Made by a program: the position numbers and the translations under genes
In this document: positions 57,102 through 64,000 of the stretch, one piece after another
Layout: each line of letters begins with the position of its first letter
Position numbering within the stretch: position 1 is the stretch's first letter
Notes under the pieces: generated by a model
Database searches by the model: none
Seen by the model: the letters and a program-made list of their open reading frames with translations, nothing else
Told to the model about the DNA's origin: nothing
Origin: an uncultured Planctomycetota bacterium
GTDB lineage: Bacteria; Planctomycetota; Planctomycetia; Gemmatales; Gemmataceae
NCBI GenBank assembly: GCA_963849325.1
Contig: CAWKHF010000003.1
Coordinates: forward strand, 32,001-96,000
Length of the DNA: 64,000 nt
Direction: 5' to 3'

Positions 57102-58803
57102 CGGGAGTCACCTTGAGGATCGAGCGTCCCCCGTCTTGGCCTTCCGACAGGATCGTCTTTCCCATTGACTCCCGGAGTTCCAGATAGAAGCTCTCCACCT
57201 CCCTGGTCAGATCCCGGTCGTAGCCTGCGGTCGCAAACAGATCTTCGGCCGAACAACGCCCGCCGTTCCGCCTGAGCGCCGACGCGAGTTCCTGGTGGTC
57301 GCCGGCCTCCTCGTTCTCCTCCAATTCGTCCGCCGCCCGCTCCGCTCGCGGCGGCCGATCCTGCTTGGGAGGCGGGCCGAGTCGTGCGAGCATCGCTGCC
57401 GGTGATTCTTCGGTGGCCACCCGCTCGCTCAGGTCACCGCGGACCGCCGCCTCGTAGAATCTCCCGCCTCATGTCGTCCACGCCGCCGCGCGACGCCTCC
57501 ACCGTAGCCCGCTGTTCTCGGAGTTGCTTCAATTTATCCTGAGCAAGCCGCACCAGTTCATCCTGAATGCTACGGGGGGGCAGCGGGAAGGGGAGTTCAG
57601 AGAACCGCTTGAGCCCAAGCGTCGCGATGTTCGTTGACCACCGGGCGATCGACCGGAAGACGCCGGCCCTCAGGTAAAAACGGAACACGAGCAGCGCGAA
57701 CTCCGGGTTCGTCTCCGGGGACGCCCGGAAACGGATGAGGTGGTTCTGATAGCAGACGTTTGCAGGTTCGCCCCGGTACATGGCCGGTCTGCCGACGAGG
57801 GCAGGGCTTTGTCCGTCGTTGAGCAGCACGTCCCCTGCGGCGAGCCGGTAGACCTCCTGCTCCTTCGGGGTGAAGTTCATGCTCAACACTTCGGTCGCGT
57901 CGATCCGGTCTTCGAGTACGTTTGCGACCCGGAGTTAGGGGGTGAGGTACTCACCCTGCTCACGCTTCGGCTCTCTCGCCTTGCCCAGTTTTGCCTCACC
58001 CACCTCGCCCACGGTAGACCACGCCCAGGAATCCGGAATCGAGACCTGCGCCAAGGTCTCGATCTCCGTCTTCACCTGCTTTCGCGCCGACCCGCCCTCC
58101 GCACTCCCAACCGCTTCAGCCTCCACGCCCAACTGCCCGGTCACCGCGGCTTCGATGACCGTCGTCACCTGCTCCTCGATCCCCCGGAGCGCGGACGTCA
58201 GCGAGGATTCGGCCGCGGCGACACGCCCCAGCCGGTTGTTGGTTTCCGCAGCGATACGCGCCTGCTCCTCCATGCCTGGGACTGGCACTTCCATCTGGGC
58301 GAACCGCCGGCCCCCAGGTGTTGTATGCCCACGCCATGCGCCAAACGGGCGAATGCACCCGACAGCAGAAAATGGCGGAAGACGATCAGCGCGAAGTCAG
58401 GAAGTAGCGCGTGTGGTCGGAAACGGATCACGGTGTTCTGGAAGCAGCAGTCGGCAACCTCCTCGTTCCAGAGAGCGCTCTTGCCAACGTGTGCCGGGCT
58501 ACCCGAAGCCTCTCCCAGCAATACGTCGCCCCGCGCCAGCTGGAACGACGCCCTCTCCCACTCGGTGAGGTCCATCCGCAGAACCTCGGTCAGATCGAGG
58601 CCTGCCGTCGTGATGTTCGCCGCCCGGATGTAAGGCGTCGATGTGGTCCCCCGTCGCTTCGCCGCCGCCAGCTGTCTTCCGAGCTTGACGTTGCCCACGT
58701 CCGAGACACGAACCCATTTCCACTCGGGCGGGCTGGGCCAGCGTTCAACGGGAGCGGGAGGAGGGGTGCGCTCGTCTGGTTGCTTGGACTGCTGCTTCGT
58801 CAT
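57091..58803 (-). CDS. hsdS: Type I RM specificity subunit with C-terminal extension (three frameshifts)
   Basis: Two TRDs beginning PPEWKWVRVSDV and PDSWAWSTVGEV, CFQNTVIRFR / CYQNHLIRFR, VPGMEEQARI / LPPRSIQDELV, and a tail AEDLF...VESFYLELRE. Confidence 0.85.
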
Positions 58804-58855
58804 GCTACTGCGTTCTCCAACCCGGTGAAACCGCCCGCGGCATCCGCCGGCGGGA

Positions 58856-59100
58856 CTAAGCGCGCCGAGTCGTGCTGATGGTACAGCCAGCGGCGGGGTG
58901 CGGGACGAAACGGATCTCCAGGCCTCGGTTCAGGGCGGAGGCAACGCGCTCAGCATGGCGACCGAGTGTCCCTCGTAACGGGCATCTTCGAGCCGACAGA
59001 TGACCGAGGTGGTGGTGCCAACGAGGTCGGCAAGCTCTTTTTGCGTGAGGCCAGCCTCGGCCCGCAGCGTGTGGATGGATTGGGCGACCTCGGCGTTCAT
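58856..59100 (-). CDS. XRE-family HTH regulator (frameshift near 58950)
   Basis: LRAEAGLTQKELADLVGTTTSVICRLEDARYEGHS, continuing RVASALNRGLEIRFVP. Confidence 0.78.
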
Positions 59101-59712
59101 CGCCTCTGGCGGCGCGGGCGCTGGAAGGCGTTTGTCATCGCCAGCATGGTGATCCCTGACCGACGCCCGTTCCACTTTCCTCGGCCTGCACAGCCCCCAA
59201 GACCAATAGAAGTGGGTAGTCGGGAACGCCCTTTAAACTCGCAGGCTATGACTTTTTCGCAAATTTGCGAAATCAGGTCAAGGCAAGGTGGGAAGAATCG
59301 AGGAAGTTCGGCCGACCCAGGTCCGGTTTTTCTCACGGTAGAGTTTTTGCGGCGCAAAACCGAAGCGCGACGTGGCATGCCAGCGGCTGAGGTGCCTTAA
59401 CCCCACCTCATGCGGATTGGCCTCCGGTAGACCAAGGGCTGACTCCGCGGGTAGGATACTCAGAGAAGGGTCTGAACTGGCTAGTCGGTCCGTGGTCAGA
59501 GAATGGCCTCTCCAGATTGCTGCCGCTTGTACTGTGGTACTGGATTTTGTACTGGATAAACGAAAAAGTACTGCATTTCCCGGCACTTCCTTGCAAGAGG
59601 ATGAGAGATCTTGCAACAGAACGCTTGCCAGGAGGCAATCCAGAAGTACAAGTGGGTTCAGCAGTTACGACGGCAAGTTGGCGTCTCCCAGCCAAGCTCG
59701 ACACGCTGGGTG

Positions 59713-60009
59713 TCACTCGCCTGCAGGGCCGGCAGCGCCGCGGGGCGGATACAATTCATCGACGTGGGACCGCAGCTCTTCACCGAGTGGTGGGACCAGT
59801 TCAAGCAGTTCCCCCGGCTGACAACGAAGGAACCGGCATAGTGCCTCGATGTACCGGCTGTTTGACACGATCCCAGGTCGCACCGAGGCGAGCGACGAGA
59901 GCACCGAGGTCGAGATGCCCGTTTGCTCGCTCACTTCTTTCCAGGTAATCTTCCGACCCTCGGCCTCTTCAAGGTCTCGAAGCCGCCGGACCAGGTGAAA
60001 GCGTATCAC
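59713..60009 (-). CDS. Cro/C1 (HTH_26-like) regulator
   Basis: AAGGAGG RBS before GTG; ITWKEVSEQTGISTSVLSSL...IEALCRFLRCQPGELLE. Confidence 0.78.
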   Translation of the reverse strand: MIRFHLVRRLRDLEEAEGRKITWKEVSEQTGISTSVLSSLASVRPGIVSNSRYIEALCRFLRCQPGELLELVPPLGEELRSHVDELYPPRGAAGPAGE

Positions 60010-60499
60010 GCAACCTCCTTGCGGATTCCCGGGAAGATCGACCGTTGGACAGGCCAGCCAAGTCGGCATGATAATAATCCTTCCACAGACAATTTCTTGT
60101 GGGTGGAAGAAATTCCTAGTGACGGAAGGACTCCTCTCGTTTATCCTATTCTCCAACCACGCCCGTGGCGAGTCGTGCGGAGGGTATGTACCTGGCGCGC
60201 GGGGTTCTAAATTCGTAGTGCCTGAACCCGGGCTTCTTGTCCCGACTGTTGGCAGGCGTCTGCTGAATCCGGAACAACTGAAGGGTTGCCGCCTTCAGCC
60301 GGCAATTCACCAGGTTCAAGGGTGCCATTGCGCACCGGAACTGGTGAATTTCCATGAAGGCGGCAACCCTTCTTGCTGTCCCCACCGCGGGGCAGCGGCA
60401 CCCTGGCCGACCGCCCAGGGCCGTGACCGTGGACGTGACACTCGGCGACTCTTTGCCGGGGAATTCTATCCATCCACTCGCCTGCCTGACAGCGGCCCA

Positions 60500-60900
60500 G
60501 CGCACCGAGGAACGACGGCACGCGCTCGCCCAGGTTAAGGAGCAGTCCGACCTCCGGCAGCGGCTGCAGGCGCTGTCCGCCGAGAGCGCACCGCTCGCGG
60601 CGGCAATGGCGAGAGCCCGTGAGTTCGTCGCCGGCTGGGCCACGGTCGCCCAGATCCTGGACGCCGCCGAGGAGGACGAGCTGCGGCTCCTGTTGCAGCA
60701 CTTCGTCGAGGTGATCGAGCTGGCCCACGAGTCGGCCGACGGCAAGACGGGCACCTACGCGCTGCGGCTTTTCCCGGAGGTGCGGCCGCTCGACCCGCCG
60801 CACGGGCCGGAAAACGAAGGCGGGCCACCCGACCCGACATCCGGGGGGCGGCCCGCGTTAACCGAGGCCGTCGAAACTTGTGGCGACCAGCAAAAAGCTC
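60500..60900 (+). pseudogene. C-terminal remnant of a large serine recombinase, reading into the tRNA 3' end
   Basis: Coiled coil, then EEDELRLLLQHFVEVIEL...GTYALRLFP; the frame continues as APRVGLEPTT (antisense tRNA). No catalytic domain. Confidence 0.6.
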
Positions 60901-60935
60901 CCCGAGTAGGACTCGAACCTACAACAAACCGGTTA

Positions 60936-61599
60936 CGTTTGCCCCCATGTTTCCATGGGGAACGGACTATCTCATCACCCCAGAGGGGTGCAGGGCGCTC
61001 GAGGCTGGGTTATTGGATGGGCTCCTCACCAGCTAGTCTCTGCACCTTCCCGGCTACTGATTGCCCTTCGCCGGGCTTGGCTCAGGATTGCCGCCACCCA
61101 AAGTGCTGCGGGTTCCCTGCTAGGCCAACCGTTTCAATTCCTTGAGTAAACAAGGAATCTGCAGGTCTTCCTCCGTGGCGTGGTAAAACGTCACCGTACT
61201 GGCTTTGGCCAGGTATTGCTGAATCAGCAATAACTCCGACCTTTTCACCACAGAGTAGGGGAGGATGAGATCGCATAGAGCCAATCATGCCTGTTTTCGA
61301 TAGACGCGGATGCGATAAGAAGGCCGCGTCGATCTCGGCCTTGGAAGCGGGCCTTTCGTGGAGTAGGCGATGACGTTGTCCACGAGGATGGCAACGACCT
61401 TCCGGTGCATGGCTTCGCTAATACTCTCAATCGTCACACGGCAACTCATGCCGCGTTCCGAATCTCGATGCACCGTCACGCAGCCTTCGCCATCAATAAT
61501 TCCCGCCAGCCAGGCAATGTCGGCAATACCCATCTCCCCTGCCTAGTTTAATTCACCCTGTTTTCCACTGGCCATTGCTGACCAGCGCTGCGATTCTTC
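60936..61599 (-). ncRNA. Group I intron (664 nt) at tRNA position 35/36
   Basis: Exon-terminal U with P1 GCUGU/GCAGC, terminal omega-G, P2 GCAA tetraloop, P3 CAGGGUG/CGCCCUG, Q AAUCCUGAGC, R GCAGAGACUA, S GAGAUAGUCC, P8, and P9 CCCCAUG-GAAA-CAUGGGG. Confidence 0.93.
61120..61533 (-). pseudogene. Single-motif LAGLIDADG homing endonuclease inside the intron (137 codons, in-frame TGA at 61285-61287)
   Basis: IAWLAGIIDGEGCV; past the TGA the same frame continues LALCDLILPYSVVKRSELLLIQQYL to TAG at 61120-61122. Confidence 0.88.
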
Positions 61600-61688
61600 A
61601 CAGCCGGTTGCTCTACCATTGAGCTATCGGGGAAAATCAGACGAGGGTGTTGGCCGGGCAGATCCCATCCACACGCTCGCCCGCATAT

Positions 61689-61717
61689 GTTCTAAAACAA
61701 CTCCCGCAACTTCGCAA
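61689..61717 (-). promoter_or_regulatory. Candidate sigma-70 promoter of tRNA-Asn
   Basis: TTGCGA-17 bp-TAGAAC, ~55 bp upstream of the tRNA 5' end. Confidence 0.4.
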
Positions 61718-61773
61718 GTCTATTTTCGTGAATTCACCGAGGCGAAGCAGCCAGAGGGAGGTGCGGGAGGATC

Positions 61774-63120
61774 ATGACGGTTCGGGTGACGGTCATCGGG
61801 GCGGGACTGGCGGGACTGGCGGCGGCGGCGGCGCTGGCGGAACGCGGCTTCGAGGTGACAATGCTCGAAGCGCGAAACCGAGCCGGCGGCCGGGCCAGCT
61901 CCTTCGCCGACGCCGCCAGCGGACAACTGATCGATACCTGCCAGCACGTCAGCATGGGCTGTTGCACCAACTTCGCCCATTTCTGCCGCACGGTCGGCAT
62001 CGCGCACCTGCTCCAGCCTCAACCCGCCCTCTGGTTCGTGACGCCGGATCGGCGCAGGAGCCGCCTTGCCGCTGGTCCTCTGCCGGCCCCGCTGCACCTG
62101 GCAGGCAGTTTCCTGCGCGGCCATTATCTCACCCTGGCCGAGAAGATGCGCATCGCCTGGGGCCTGGCCTGTCTGCGGCGCAGGCCGATCGAGGACGATC
62201 CGCCTTTCCTCGACTGGCTGACGCGCCATCGACAGACGCCGCGCACCGTGACCCGGTTCTGGGGACTCGTGCTGACCAGCGCGCTCAACGAGACGCCCGA
62301 ACGCATCGGCCTCCGCTACGCGCGCAAGGTCTTCCTCGACGGATTCCTGGGCCATCGCCGAGGCTACGAGGTCCAACTACCGCGCGTGCCGCTCGGCCGA
62401 CTTTACGGCGAGGAGCTGCAAGCCTGGCTCAACCGTCATGGCGTTCGTCTCCGCATGGAGTGCGGCGCACGGCGATTGCGGTTGAACTCGGGACGGATCG
62501 AGGGTGTCGAACTGCGAAACGGCGAGAGGACGGTCGCCGATTGGTATATCGCGGCGGTGCCGTTCGACCGCCTGCTCGACCTGTTGCCAGCAGAGTTGAT
62601 CGAACGGGAACCCTACTTCAAGAACCTGCGGCGGCTGGAGACCTCGCCCATAACGAGCGTCCATCTCTGGTACGATCGACCGATCACGCGGCTGCCGCAT
62701 GCCGTGCTGGTCGATTGCACCGGCCACTGGCTCTTCAACCGTGGCGAGGCGGCCCCCGGCGAGTATTACGTCCAGGTGGTCGTCAGTGCCGCCCGGCAGT
62801 TCCGCGGGATGGGACATGCGGAGGTGCAACGTCTGGTCGTCGAAGAACTGGCCCGGCTGTTTCCGAAGGCGGCGACGGCGACGTTGCGACGCGCGCGCGT
62901 GGTGACCGAGCATGCCGCCACGTTCAGCGCGGTGCCGGGCGTCGATCGGTGGCGTCCGACCCAGGCATCGCCCCTGCCCAACCTGTTCGTCGCCGGCGAT
63001 TGGACGGCAACGGGCTGGCCGGCGACGATGGAAGGGGCCGTCCGCAGCGGCTACCTCGCCGCCGAAGTCGTGCTTGAGCGTTGCGGTCGAAAAGAACGTC
63101 TGCTCCAGCCGGACCTCTAG
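61774..63120 (+). CDS. hpnE: Hydroxysqualene dehydroxylase HpnE (FAD-dependent, hopanoid pathway)
   Basis: VIGAGLAGLAAA, GGRASSF, IDTCQHVSMGCCTN, SALNE and AGDWTATGWPATMEGAVRSG. Confidence 0.88.
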   Translation: MTVRVTVIGAGLAGLAAAAALAERGFEVTMLEARNRAGGRASSFADAASGQLIDTCQHVSMGCCTNFAHFCRTVGIAHLLQPQPALWFVTPDRRRSRLAAGPLPAPLHLAGSFLRGHYLTLAEKMRIAWGLACLRRRPIEDDPPFLDWLTRHRQTPRTVTRFWGLVLTSALNETPERIGLRYARKVFLDGFLGHRRGYEVQLPRVPLGRLYGEELQAWLNRHGVRLRMECGARRLRLNSGRIEGVELRNGERTVADWYIAAVPFDRLLDLLPAELIEREPYFKNLRRLETSPITSVHLWYDRPITRLPHAVLVDCTGHWLFNRGEAAPGEYYVQVVVSAARQFRGMGHAEVQRLVVEELARLFPKAATATLRRARVVTEHAATFSAVPGVDRWRPTQASPLPNLFVAGDWTATGWPATMEGAVRSGYLAAEVVLERCGRKERLLQPDL

Positions 63121-63147
63121 CTCGAACGAGGACCGCGGCCTCGGTGT

Positions 63148-64000
63148 TTACCCCTTCGTGACCGCGCGAAGCTGGGTCGAGGACAGGTCCACACGGAAGG
63201 CGCGGGCGGGGATGGACGTGAACAAGTCCCGATGCGCGGCGGGGATGTCCAACTCCTCCAGACCAACAAGCAAGCCCTCGGCATTGACCCGACCGGCCAC
63301 AAGGAAACGACAGCGGCCGCAGCGCAGGGCCTCGAGCGCCTCGATCATCCGGGCTTCGTTGTCGCCGTAGAAACGGGGCTGGACGATGCGGGCGGCGGTG
63401 TCGGCGCCGACGACGAACACGGCGCCGGGGAAAAGGCGCGCCTTCTCGGTGAAGGTCGGCGCCCGCGTCAACCACAGCGGCGCCCGCCAGGCGAAGGGAG
63501 ACAAACGCCGACGGACTTCCTCGTCGGCCAGCGGTGGCTTGTCCGCGTTGGCGATGCCCAGCTCGAAGGCGACCGGCGCGCCCGCGAGGGCCGAGGCCAC
63601 TCTCGCCAGGATACAATGACCATCGTGAAGGGGGTTGAATGAACCCGGCAGCAGCACCGTCGGCCGGGGACCGTCGCCACGCATCCGACCGTCTGCCTCT
63701 ATACATACGGCCGAGAGCCGGCCTGCCAGGAACGCGGCCAGGGCATCCTCGGCAGGCCATGTTTCCCGGACAACCTCTTCGCCGGGTAGCAGCGCGACCG
63801 GGACGCGCTCCGCAAGGTTAAATGCCTCGGCCATCGCGTTGAGCAGTACCCGGTCCAGGACCATCTCCTCGCCTTCCCGGTCGCGCGCCTCGCGCGTAAG
63901 CGTCAACGAATAGGTCGAGGTTTGCCGGTCGGTCTGAATGGCGAGATGGAAGCGATGATCGCCGCGCTTGGGTCGATCCGAGCGCAAGCTGGCGGTGCAA
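63148..64000 (-). CDS. Nucleotidyltransferase-like (HxGH) protein; 5' end outside window
   Basis: LLPGSFNPLHDGH, NADKPPL, VVGADT and DLSSTQLR. Confidence 0.78.
   Translation of the reverse strand, partial: CTASLRSDRPKRGDHRFHLAIQTDRQTSTYSLTLTREARDREGEEMVLDRVLLNAMAEAFNLAERVPVALLPGEEVVRETWPAEDALAAFLAGRLSAVCIEADGRMRGDGPRPTVLLPGSFNPLHDGHCILARVASALAGAPVAFELGIANADKPPLADEEVRRRLSPFAWRAPLWLTRAPTFTEKARLFPGAVFVVGADTAARIVQPRFYGDNEARMIEALEALRCGRCRFLVAGRVNAEGLLVGLEELDIPAAHRDLFTSIPARAFRVDLSSTQLRAVTKG

Larger units (their letters stand above)
60898..61633 (-). tRNA. tRNA-Asn(GUU), intron-split: exon 1 61633-61600, exon 2 60935-60898; CCA not encoded
   Basis: Joined exons TCCCCGATAGCTCAATGGTAGAGCAACCGGCTGT^TAACCGGTTTGTTGTAGGTTCGAGTCCTACTCGGGGAG fold into a full cloverleaf with anticodon loop CU-GUU-AA and G73. 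Confidence 0.95.

Noticed and set aside
60354-61145. 263-aa ORF as an intact gene
   Set aside because: Only the middle resembles a recombinase tail; the end is antisense tRNA/intron and the start looks non-coding.
60936-61599. tmRNA, group II intron or archaeal-type BHB intron
   Set aside because: No tag reading frame, no GUGYG...AY ends or domain V, and no bulge-helix-bulge; group I hallmarks are all present.
61647-63077. 476-aa plus-strand ORF overlapping hpnE
   Set aside because: Alternative-frame, Arg/Pro-rich shadow of hpnE with no motifs.

Overview
GC-rich bacterial DNA whose gene content suggests a planctomycete (Gemmataceae-like): a planctomycete-type LEERVTP leader, hpnE, a sulfatase and a DUF2924/serine-recombinase module. 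The window has three parts. (1) 1-15.3 kb, chromosomal/accessory: a GH13 glycosidase, a sulfatase, a ~2270-aa beta-helix + 14x Ig-like surface protein, a TPR-sulfotransferase, and IS3 and sensor-kinase relics. (2) ~15.3-60.9 kb, a decaying ~45 kb integrative island running up to the 3' end of a tRNA-Asn gene. It carries DUF2924, a serine recombinase, a ParB-methylase, terminases (no capsid or portal), a DUF3854 primase-like gene preceded by phased repeats, its own beta-clamp and ATP-dependent ligase, IS630, DUF932, an ~11.5 kb AKR/SDR cargo block, a DUF6094 methylase/helicase pair and an HsdR-less type I RM operon with an embedded ABC ATPase. (3) 60.9-64 kb: tRNA-Asn, hpnE and a nucleotidyltransferase-like gene. 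The main result is that tRNA-Asn(GUU) is split inside its anticodon (35/36) by a 664-nt group I intron. The intron carries a LAGLIDADG homing-endonuclease gene looped out of the core between P3 and P4. A second result is two copies of a ~145-bp MITE made of an inverted REP-like doublet inside IS1031-like terminal repeats with TNA target duplications. Many genes carry single-base frameshifts, some possibly sequencing errors. All family assignments come from motif recognition by eye, not database searches.
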